From positions 1 to 40,593 of IMG/VR virus record IMGVR_UViG_3300049173_000095: a stretch of 40,593 nucleotides of DNA. One strand, given 5' to 3'. Source of the stretch: a virus (Duplodnaviria > Caudoviricetes). The notes under the pieces are model-generated. The model did not search any database, was not told where the DNA came from, and saw nothing but the letters and a program-made list of their open reading frames with translations. This document shows positions 33,487 through 40,593 of the stretch, one piece after another. Position numbers and translations under genes: made by a program. Numbering within the stretch: the first letter of the stretch is position 1; each line of letters begins with the position of its first letter.

Positions 33487-33998
33487 GCGACCGCCTGACC
33501 GAGATCGCGACCCGCGCGGCCGCCGCCACCAAGGGCCCGTGGAAGGTGGAGCGCGACGAACCGACGCTGTCTCGCCTGGTCTGCAACGACGACCGCACCC
33601 TCGAAATCGACTTCGGGTACCTCGGCAACAACACCCAGCCCGACGCCGAGTTCGTCGCCCACGCCCGCGAGGACGTGCCATGGCTGCTCGCCGAGCTGGA
33701 GAAGTACGTGGGCCACGAGCCGACGGTGGCGGAGGAGATGCAGTTCCTGCGCCGCTGCTTCACCGCGCTGGGGGAGCTCGCCGGGCGGTTGGAAGAGATG
33801 GCCTCCGAGCAGGATCGCCGAGCCGACATGGCGCCGCTCGGAATCCTCGTCGCCGTCAATGACGGCCGAGCCCGGACGAACCGCGCCGCAGCCCGCGCCA
33901 TCAAGGCCGCCCTCACCACCGGCTACCTGCCGCATGACCTCATGACCGACGCCGAACTGGAGCAGCACGGTCCGGCCGGGGATGGGGGTGCGGCGTGA
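33483..33998 (+). CDS. Ead/Ea22-like hypothetical protein
   Basis: RAAAATKGPW ... DAEFVAHAREDVPWLLAEL signature. Confidence 0.7.
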   Translation: MSDRLTEIATRAAAATKGPWKVERDEPTLSRLVCNDDRTLEIDFGYLGNNTQPDAEFVAHAREDVPWLLAELEKYVGHEPTVAEEMQFLRRCFTALGELAGRLEEMASEQDRRADMAPLGILVAVNDGRARTNRAAARAIKAALTTGYLPHDLMTDAELEQHGPAGDGGAA

Positions 33999-34897
33999 CG
34001 GACACCGCGCTGGCCGGGGAGCGATCCCCGGCCGCCGGCCCGGTCGTGGTCGGTCACTTCGAGCCCGGCTCGGAGGAGTGGCACGCGGCCCGGCGGAACG
34101 GGATCGGCGGCAGCGAGATCGCCGCGGTCCTCGGCGTCAGCCCGCACGAGTCCCACTTCTCCTTGTGGCACCGCAAGCAGGGCCTGATCGCCCCGGTGCA
34201 GGAGTCCGAGGAGATGTACTGGGGGAAGGTCCACGAGCCCGGCATCTGCCGCAGGTTCGCCGAGCTGCACCCCGAGCACCCGCTCAACGTCGCCCCGACG
34301 TACGCCGCGGCCGCCCGGCGCTGGCAGATCGCCAACCCGGACCGCATCTGGGGCCCGGACCTGCTGGAGGCCAAGACCGCCCGCACCGCTGACGGGTGGG
34401 GAGAACAGGGCACGGACGAGATCCCGGTGCACTACCGCGCGCAGTGCATGCAGTACCTCGACGTTCTGCAGCGGCGCCGCTGCTGGGTCGCCGTCCTGAT
34501 CGCCGGGAGCGAGTTCCGCGAGTACGTCGTGGAGTACGACCCGGCCGAGGCCGCACTGCTGCGGGACGCCGGGGCCGACTTCATGGCGTCGCTCGCCTCC
34601 GGCACCCGGCCGGACATCGACGGCCACACCTCCACCTACCAGGCCATCAAGGAACTGCCCGACGGCCTCGACGACATCGACGTCGAGATCAGCACCGGCC
34701 TGCGTGACGACTACTTCGCCGCACTCGACACCGCCAAGGCCGCCGACACCGAGCGCCGCCGCCTGGCCGGCCTGGTCCTCGACGAGATCGGCGCCGGCCG
34801 CCGCGCCGTCGTCGGCCGCCAGCTCGTCGCCACCCGCACCGTCCGCGACGGCCGCACCCACTCCCTCCAGCCCGCACGAAACCGGAGCGCAGCATGA
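33995..34897 (+). CDS. YqaJ-family (lambda-exonuclease-like) recombination exonuclease
   Basis: WHAARRNGIGGSEIAAVLG, WGKVHEP, ANPDR, LLEAKT, YRAQCMQYL. Confidence 0.93.
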   Translation: MTDTALAGERSPAAGPVVVGHFEPGSEEWHAARRNGIGGSEIAAVLGVSPHESHFSLWHRKQGLIAPVQESEEMYWGKVHEPGICRRFAELHPEHPLNVAPTYAAAARRWQIANPDRIWGPDLLEAKTARTADGWGEQGTDEIPVHYRAQCMQYLDVLQRRRCWVAVLIAGSEFREYVVEYDPAEAALLRDAGADFMASLASGTRPDIDGHTSTYQAIKELPDGLDDIDVEISTGLRDDYFAALDTAKAADTERRRLAGLVLDEIGAGRRAVVGRQLVATRTVRDGRTHSLQPARNRSAA

Positions 34898-35745
34898 CCG
34901 GACAGACCATCGGCAACGCCCTCGAAGTTCGTGACACCGGCCCCGCCGCCATGGTGGAGACCTACCGCGCCGAGTACGCCGCCCTCGTCCCCTCCCACAT
35001 CAACGTCGATCAGTGGATTCGCCTTGCCGTCGGCGTCATCCGCGGCGACGAGTACCTGGAGAAGGCGGCCCGGAACGACGTCGGCGTCTTCCTCCGCGAA
35101 CTGAAGACCGCGGCGCGCCTCGGGCTGGAGCCTGGCACCGAGCAGTTCTACCTCACCCCGCGCAAGTCCAAGGCACACGGTGGCCGCCTGATCATCAAGG
35201 GCATCGTCGGTTACCAGGGCATCGTCGAGCTGATCTACCGGGCCGGCGCAGTGTCCTCCGTAGTCGTCGAAGCGGTCCGGGCAAACGACACCTTCACCTA
35301 CGTCCCCGGACGGGACGAGCGGCCCGTCCACGAGATCGACTGGTTCGGCGGCGCCCGCGGTGACCTGGTCGGCGTCTACGCCTACGCCGTCATGAAGGAC
35401 AACGCGACCTCCAAGGTCGTCGTCCTCAACCGACAGCAAGTCATGGAGGCCAAGGCCAAGTCCGACGGCGCGAACGGCAAAAACCCCCAGTACTCCCCGT
35501 GGAACACCAACGAGGAGGCCATGTACCTCAAGACCGCCGCGCGCCGCCTCGCCAAGTGGGTGCCGACCAGCGCCGAGTACATGCGCGAGCAGCTGCGCGC
35601 CCAAGCCGAAGTTGCCGGGGAAGCGAAGCCGGCCCTGGGCGCCGAGCCGCTCGGGCCCATGCCGTCAGTGGACATCCCCGACGACAGCGACGAGCCGATC
35701 GAGGCCGAGTTCGTGGACGACGAGACCGGCGAGGTGCGGTCGTGA
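34894..35745 (+). CDS. recT: RecT-family single-strand annealing protein
   Basis: AARLGLEPG..FYL.P, IVGYQG.VELIYR, GVYAYA, SPW....EAMYLKTA.RRLAKWVP.S; follows exonuclease. Confidence 0.93.
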   Translation: MTGQTIGNALEVRDTGPAAMVETYRAEYAALVPSHINVDQWIRLAVGVIRGDEYLEKAARNDVGVFLRELKTAARLGLEPGTEQFYLTPRKSKAHGGRLIIKGIVGYQGIVELIYRAGAVSSVVVEAVRANDTFTYVPGRDERPVHEIDWFGGARGDLVGVYAYAVMKDNATSKVVVLNRQQVMEAKAKSDGANGKNPQYSPWNTNEEAMYLKTAARRLAKWVPTSAEYMREQLRAQAEVAGEAKPALGAEPLGPMPSVDIPDDSDEPIEAEFVDDETGEVRS

Positions 35746-36008
35746 GCCGCCGCAGCAGGCAGGCCGCGGCGCTGGCCCGGACCGTCACCCGGCTGACCAC
35801 CGACCGATCCCGGTACACCACCCGCATCGACCGCCTGGCCCGCGCCCTGTGGACCACCCGCCGGGAGCTGGCCGCGCAGAAGCGCGTCAACGACTGGCTT
35901 GCGGATCAGCTGTTCAGCTCCCTGGGCTACACCGACGCTGCGCCGAAGCGCCTGGACGTGCCCGCCCGTACTGCCGCCGGCTGCGAGCCGGGAGAGGTGA
36001 CGTCATGA
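35742..36008 (+). CDS. Hypothetical coiled-coil protein
   Basis: GTGA overlap with recT; GAGG RBS. Confidence 0.6.
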   Translation: MSRRSRQAAALARTVTRLTTDRSRYTTRIDRLARALWTTRRELAAQKRVNDWLADQLFSSLGYTDAAPKRLDVPARTAAGCEPGEVTS

Positions 36009-36301
36009 GGAAGATCGACATGCCGCCGGGGAACACCGAGCAGGACTGGCGCCACGACGCCGAGTGCCGGGAAGAGGAACCGGAGCTCTTCTTCCCTGCC
36101 GGGAACACCGGCCCCTACCTGCTGCAGATCGCGCAGGCCAAAGCCGTCTGCCAGCGATGCCCGGTGCTGCAGGCCTGCGGGCAGTGGGCGCTGGACACCC
36201 ACCAGGACGCGGGCGTGTGGGGGGCGATGAGCGAGGACGACCGGCGCGCAATGAGGCGCCGGATCGCCCGGATCCGCGCACGGAACGGAGCCAGCGCATG
36301 A
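36005..36301 (+). CDS. whiB: WhiB-family Fe-S transcription factor (WhiB1/WblE-like)
   Basis: DWRHDAEC..EPELFFP.G..AKAVC.RCPV...C..WAL...GVWG.MSEDDRR; four conserved Cys. Confidence 0.93.
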   Translation: MRKIDMPPGNTEQDWRHDAECREEEPELFFPAGNTGPYLLQIAQAKAVCQRCPVLQACGQWALDTHQDAGVWGAMSEDDRRAMRRRIARIRARNGASA

Positions 36302-36555
36302 GCCTCCCCGAGATCCTGCTGGTCATCGCGTTCTGGGCCGTGGTCGCCGCCGCGGTCGCGCTGCGCCTCGGCCCGGTCCTCCGCCGCCACCAGCCCGCTG
36401 CGGTCCCGCCGTACGCCCGCTTCACCCCGCCCCCGCCGGGCGCCCGGTACCTGGCCTGTGACACCACGATCTGCGGCCATATGACCACCGTCCACACCCC
36501 GCAGCCCAGCGGCGCCTACCGCTGCACCAACTGCGGCCACACCAAGGGGGACTGA
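36298..36555 (+). CDS. Small membrane protein with C-terminal zinc ribbon
   Basis: N-terminal TM; LACDTTICGH...YRCTNCGH. Confidence 0.65.
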   Translation: MSLPEILLVIAFWAVVAAAVALRLGPVLRRHQPAAVPPYARFTPPPPGARYLACDTTICGHMTTVHTPQPSGAYRCTNCGHTKGD

Positions 36556-36556
36556 C

Positions 36557-36847
36557 ATGCACACCACCACCCACCCGCTCGCCGGGCAGACCGTCACCGT
36601 CACCCCCGCCGCCGCGGTGTTCGGCCACGCCGACACCACGCCGTTCGACCTCCGCATCGAGGACTGGAACGACCGTGTGTTCGGCAGGTCGTGGGAGGCC
36701 ATGGAGGGGCACCCGGCATCGCTCGGCTACGCCCTCCGCGCCGCCCTCGGCCACCTGCCCCTCGACAACGACGTGGTCTACGGCAAGGACGACCGCGGCT
36801 TCGGCCACCTCATCCACACCCACGAGATCGCCGGCGGTGCGCAGTGA
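36557..36847 (+). CDS. Hypothetical protein
   Basis: AAGGGGGA RBS; HPLAGQTV...IEDW.DRVFGRSW...DVVYGK...GHLIH..EI. Confidence 0.75.
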   Translation: MHTTTHPLAGQTVTVTPAAAVFGHADTTPFDLRIEDWNDRVFGRSWEAMEGHPASLGYALRAALGHLPLDNDVVYGKDDRGFGHLIHTHEIAGGAQ

Positions 36848-38577
36848 TGTACCGCCACGACAGCGAGCTGTCCGTCATGGACTGGTTCTGCGGCGCCGGA
36901 GGCAGCAGCCAGGGCGCGCACGCCGTTCCCGGCGTCCGTGTCGAACGCGCCGCGAACCACTGGCTCCGCGCGATCGAGTCGCACGCCGCGAACTTCCCCA
37001 CCACCGATCACTACCAGGGCGACATCCGCAAGGCGCCCGTGTGGGACTGGCCGGTGACTGACATCTTCTGGGCGTCCCCGGAGTGCACGAACTGGTCGGT
37101 GGCTAAGGGCAGGAAGCGTTCGTTCGACAACGCCATGCAGGGAGACCTGTTCTCGCTCCTCGCCGCCCAGGACGACGAGGACGAGCCGACCGCCGAGGAA
37201 GAGTCCCGCGCGCTGATGGAGGAAGTGCCGCTGTACCTCCGCGGTGTCCAGGAACGCGGCGGCCTCGTGAAGGCCGGCGTGGTGGAGAACGTCACCGACG
37301 TGCGGGCGTGGACGGACTGGAACCGGTGGCTCGGCGAGATCCACAAGCTCGGCTACCGCACCCGCGTCATTGCGCTCAACTCGATGCACGCCAACCCGCG
37401 GTCGGTGCACGCCGCCCCGCAGTCGAGGGACCGGCTGTACGTCGGCTACTGGCACGAGTCCCTGGGCCGCACCCCCGACTGGGACAAGTGGCTCCGCCCC
37501 CGGGCGGTGTGCGACACCTGCGGACCAGTGCAGGCCGTGCAGTCGTGGAAGCGGCCCGGTATCGACATGGGCCGCTACCGCCAGCAGTACGTCTACCGCT
37601 GCCCCAACACGGCCTGCCGCAACCGGATCGTCGAGCCGGAGGCGCTTCCGGCGCTGGCCGCGATCGACTGGTCCATCCCGGGGCAGCGCATCGGCGACAA
37701 GCCGCTCAAGGAGTTCTTCTCGGACAAGGCCAAGACGAAGTCCCTCGGCTTCCACCCGCTTGCGCCGAAGACTCTCACCCGCATCGAGGCCGGGCTCGCG
37801 AAGTTCGCGGTGCCGATGATGGTCCCCGCGGGCGGCACGTGGCGGAACGACGCGACCGCCGTCATCGAACCGATGCCGGCCCGCACTACCCGCGAGAACG
37901 ACGCGCTGGCGATCCCGCCGCTGCTGGTGCCAGTCGAGGGCCGCGACGGGAAGACGGCCGCGGCCGCGCACGCACCGATGCGGGCCCAGACCGCACGGAA
38001 CGAAACCGGCCTGGCCTGGCTGCCGTTCGTCGCTGAACTCCGCGGCGGCGGCAGCGTGGCCCGATCCGTCGCGGAGTCCCTCGCCACGGTGACGGCGTCC
38101 GGCAACCACCACGGCCTCGTCACTCCGGAACTGCCCGCGTTCGTGATGCGGAACAACAGCAGCAAGGGTGACGGCGGCGAGCACTGCACCCCGGCCCGGG
38201 AGCCGTTCCGCACGGTGACGACGGCCGGCCACCAGTCCCTCGTCACGTGGGAGCACCTGCTGGTGCCGTACTACGGCAACGGCACCGCCCGCCAGGTGAC
38301 GCAGCCGATGGGCGCGCTGACGACGAAGGACCGGTACGCCCTCGTCCACGGCAAGCCGGCGATCGAGGACGTGCTGTTCCGCATGCTGGAGCCGCACGAG
38401 ATCGGCCGCGCGATGAGCTTCGCGGACTCGTACACGGTCCTCGGCTCGAAGCGGGAGCGCGTCCGCCAGTACGGCAACGCCGTCACCCCGAACGCCGCCG
38501 AAATTCTCCTGTGCGCGCTCGTCGAGGCCATCACTGGAGATGAGCTGTCCCGCCACGTCGAGGGAACAGCGGCGTGA
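36847..38577 (+). CDS. DNA cytosine-C5 methyltransferase
   Basis: Motif I DWFCGAGG, IV ASPECT, VI VENV, VIII PQSRDRLY, IX RMLEPHE, X QYGNAV. Confidence 0.93.
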   Translation: MYRHDSELSVMDWFCGAGGSSQGAHAVPGVRVERAANHWLRAIESHAANFPTTDHYQGDIRKAPVWDWPVTDIFWASPECTNWSVAKGRKRSFDNAMQGDLFSLLAAQDDEDEPTAEEESRALMEEVPLYLRGVQERGGLVKAGVVENVTDVRAWTDWNRWLGEIHKLGYRTRVIALNSMHANPRSVHAAPQSRDRLYVGYWHESLGRTPDWDKWLRPRAVCDTCGPVQAVQSWKRPGIDMGRYRQQYVYRCPNTACRNRIVEPEALPALAAIDWSIPGQRIGDKPLKEFFSDKAKTKSLGFHPLAPKTLTRIEAGLAKFAVPMMVPAGGTWRNDATAVIEPMPARTTRENDALAIPPLLVPVEGRDGKTAAAAHAPMRAQTARNETGLAWLPFVAELRGGGSVARSVAESLATVTASGNHHGLVTPELPAFVMRNNSSKGDGGEHCTPAREPFRTVTTAGHQSLVTWEHLLVPYYGNGTARQVTQPMGALTTKDRYALVHGKPAIEDVLFRMLEPHEIGRAMSFADSYTVLGSKRERVRQYGNAVTPNAAEILLCALVEAITGDELSRHVEGTAA

Positions 38578-38858
38578 CGGCCGACCCGCGCCCGTGCGAG
38601 GCCGTCGGCGAGCACACCGGCCAGGTCCGCCCGTACCCCTGCGGCCGCCGCTGCTCGGCTCACGCCCCGTGGGCGCTGGCCGGCCAGCCCGAGCCACAGC
38701 CGGGCCCCGGCTGGCCGTCCGACGCCTGGTCGACGCCCAGCCCGCAGTCCTCCAGCCGCGTCCACGACGCCCGTGCCATCGCCTCCGGCAAGCGCCGCTC
38801 CTCTCCCACCACCTACCGCGCCGCACAAGCCGCCGTCCGGAAGGACAGGACCGCATGA
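38574..38858 (+). CDS. Hypothetical protein (C/H cluster)
   Basis: GTGA overlap; RPCE...H...VRPYPCG.RC.AH. Confidence 0.65.
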   Translation: MTADPRPCEAVGEHTGQVRPYPCGRRCSAHAPWALAGQPEPQPGPGWPSDAWSTPSPQSSSRVHDARAIASGKRRSSPTTYRAAQAAVRKDRTA

Positions 38859-39328
38859 CCAACACCGACGGTCAGTTCACCGAGGACACCGACACGATCA
38901 TGACCGCGCTCGCCCACGGCGTGACCGGCGACACCGAGGCCGGTCTCACACTCCTCGAACCGATCGCGCAGCGCGGCCCGGTGCATGCGGCCGGAATCTG
39001 CGCCGCCCTCGCCGAGACCCTGAGCACAGAGGCCCGAGCCCACCAAGAGCCCGGCACCTTCTTCGGGTTCTTGGTGGCGACCACCGACGGCCAGCCGGCC
39101 GACGCCAACGACCTGCCGCCCGGGATCCGGTTCGCCGTTCAGTTCAGCACCGCTTGGGCCAACGGCGAACGCGACACGGCATACAGCTTGTTCGACGCCC
39201 TCACCGACGGCCAGACCGACGAACAGATGCAAGCCCTGGGCGACGGCATCGGCGCCCTCTTCGAGATGGCCAGCGTGTCGCTGCGCGAGGTCGTCGACCG
39301 CAAGCGCGCCGAGAAGAGCGGCCGGTGA
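38855..39328 (+). CDS. Hypothetical protein
   Basis: AGGA RBS; ATGA overlap; acidic helical protein. Confidence 0.7.
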   Translation: MTNTDGQFTEDTDTIMTALAHGVTGDTEAGLTLLEPIAQRGPVHAAGICAALAETLSTEARAHQEPGTFFGFLVATTDGQPADANDLPPGIRFAVQFSTAWANGERDTAYSLFDALTDGQTDEQMQALGDGIGALFEMASVSLREVVDRKRAEKSGR

Positions 39329-39588
39329 TGCCTTCCCGCCTCCGGATCCGGTACACGGACTGGCCCGTGCCGGCCGTCGAGCTCACAGACACTCCGCGGC
39401 CCGGCTGCCCGCACTGCCACGGCACCGGTGCTGTCGAGCAGGACAGCGCGGCGGGTGTCCCGATCACCGCCTACTGCGACTGCTGGCGCCCCGAGCGCGC
39501 CTGGCTCCTCACCTACGTACCCCGCTGGATCGCCCGCCGCTGGCTCGACTGGAGCGAACGCCCCTACTTCGACGCCCCGCCCTTCTGA
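39328..39588 (+). CDS. Hypothetical zinc-finger-like protein
   Basis: TGATG coupling; CPHCHGTG...YCDCW; ends DAPPF. Confidence 0.65.
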   Translation: MPSRLRIRYTDWPVPAVELTDTPRPGCPHCHGTGAVEQDSAAGVPITAYCDCWRPERAWLLTYVPRWIARRWLDWSERPYFDAPPF

Positions 39589-39601
39589 ACAGGAGAACAC
39601 C

Positions 39602-40039
39602 ATGCCCGACCAGCCGTACACCACCGCCGACCTCCACGCCGAAGCCGCCCGCCAGCACGCCACCCTCGCCGCCGACCCGGACTTCATGGGCATCGGCGAG
39701 CAGATGGAAGGGGCCGCCATCCCCTCCACGGTCGTCAGTCTGGAGCCGGAGACCGGCGAAGCCGTGGAGTTCTCCCAGACCTGGGACCAGCTCAGCGAAG
39801 CCGCTTTCGAGACGGCCCAGAAGGCGATCGACGACCTGCTCACGAAGGCCGCCGACCTCTCCGAATGGGCCGTGCGGCTCGGTACCGACGGACTGGAGCC
39901 CGACGCGCACTTGATCACCGTCGGCGCCGGCGAACGGCCCATCGCCCGGATCCACTTCGCGTTCTCGCCCGACATGGAGGACGAGACGCGGACCGCCCTC
40001 GCCGAAGGCGTCAGCCAGGCCATCGCCAACGCCCTGTAG
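39602..40039 (+). CDS. Hypothetical protein
   Basis: AGGAG RBS; PYTTADLHAEAARQH...ADLSEWAV.LG.DGLEP. Confidence 0.75.
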   Translation: MPDQPYTTADLHAEAARQHATLAADPDFMGIGEQMEGAAIPSTVVSLEPETGEAVEFSQTWDQLSEAAFETAQKAIDDLLTKAADLSEWAVRLGTDGLEPDAHLITVGAGERPIARIHFAFSPDMEDETRTALAEGVSQAIANAL

Positions 40040-40055
40040 CCCCACCCCTGCACGG

Positions 40056-40092
40056 CCCCGGGGCGGGGCGACCACACGCCCCCGCCCCGGGC
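40056..40092 (+). other. GC-rich stem-loop upstream of replication gene
   Basis: CCCGGGGCGGGGCG-accaca-CGCCCCCGCCCCGGG. Confidence 0.55.
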
Positions 40093-40127
40093 GCACGCCA
40101 CACCGCACCAGCAGAGAGAAGTTGCCA

Positions 40128-40593
40128 ATGCCCTGGGTCCGCCTCGACGACCGGTTCCCCTCGCACCGGAAGGTCGCTCTGCTCTCTGACAAGGCGTTCC
40201 GGCTCTACGTCTCGGCGCTCTGCTGGGCGTCGGAGAACCTGACCGAGGGCAAGATCCAAGACCGCGAACTGACACTTGTGGCGCGCGTTCGCGGCATGAA
40301 GTCGGCAGCACGGGAGCTAGAGGACGCTCGGCTTTGGGACCGGGTTTCTGACGGCTGGATGATTCACGACTTCCTGGAGTACAACCCCGACCGCGCCAAG
40401 GTGAAGGCCGACCGTGAAGCCAACGCGGCACGTCAGCAGGCGTATCGGGATCGCAAGAAGGCCGAACGGGAAGCCCGGAAGGCTGCGGAACAAGCCGAAC
40501 GTAACGGTGACCGTAACGGCGTTACGCCCTCTGTACGTAACGGGGGGAGTAACGACACCCCGTCCCCGCCCCCGTCCCAGGTTCCTCCTACGG
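40128..40593 (+). CDS. Putative replication initiator, truncated by window end (not in ORF track)
   Basis: MPWVRLDDRFPSHRKV...AFRLYVSALCW...LTEG.I...GWMIHDFLEYNP...ARQQAYR; frame open to the end. Confidence 0.8.
   Translation, partial: MPWVRLDDRFPSHRKVALLSDKAFRLYVSALCWASENLTEGKIQDRELTLVARVRGMKSAARELEDARLWDRVSDGWMIHDFLEYNPDRAKVKADREANAARQQAYRDRKKAEREARKAAEQAERNGDRNGVTPSVRNGGSNDTPSPPPSQVPPT
40500..40555. repeat. Iteron-like GTAACG repeats within replication gene (candidate origin)
   Basis: GTAACG at 40501, 40513, 40537, 40549 (multiples of 12 bp) plus inverted CGTTAC at 40520. Confidence 0.6.

Noticed and set aside
36778-38865. Long minus-strand ORFs (also 12210-14252, 20229-21770, 5371-6840 and similar)
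   Set aside because: They mirror well-supported + strand genes and arise from stop-codon scarcity at high GC.

Overview
High-GC temperate siphovirus of an actinomycete (very probably Streptomyces), shown in the excised/virion gene order. The window runs from the small terminase through head, tail, tape measure and lysis genes (1-22.6 kb). An accessory regulatory island follows (22.6-27.7 kb), then an intact attP (3' half of tRNA-Val(TAC) flanked by arm-type repeats), a tyrosine integrase and a repressor/Cro switch (27.7-30.8 kb). The early region encodes YqaJ/RecT, WhiB, a C5 DNA methyltransferase and a replication initiator cut by the window edge. The best candidate for an undescribed system is the island. 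It holds a leaderless 56-aa gene behind a PafBC/RecA-NDp-type DNA-damage promoter, a HAD hydrolase, a TTA-containing XRE-helical-repeat regulator, and an operon of Cys/His microproteins, a DUF6415-like protein and a stand-alone resolvase-like domain. It also holds two copies of a double-hairpin repeat bracketing a 44-aa peptide gene, an MmyB-like ligand-binding regulator and a ~160-nt branched RNA-like structure. Other notable items: an integrase with apparently rearranged catalytic residues, three palindromic operators at the switch, and a pseudoknot abutting an RBS in the tail operon. All calls come from reading motifs by eye; no searches or folding programs were run.
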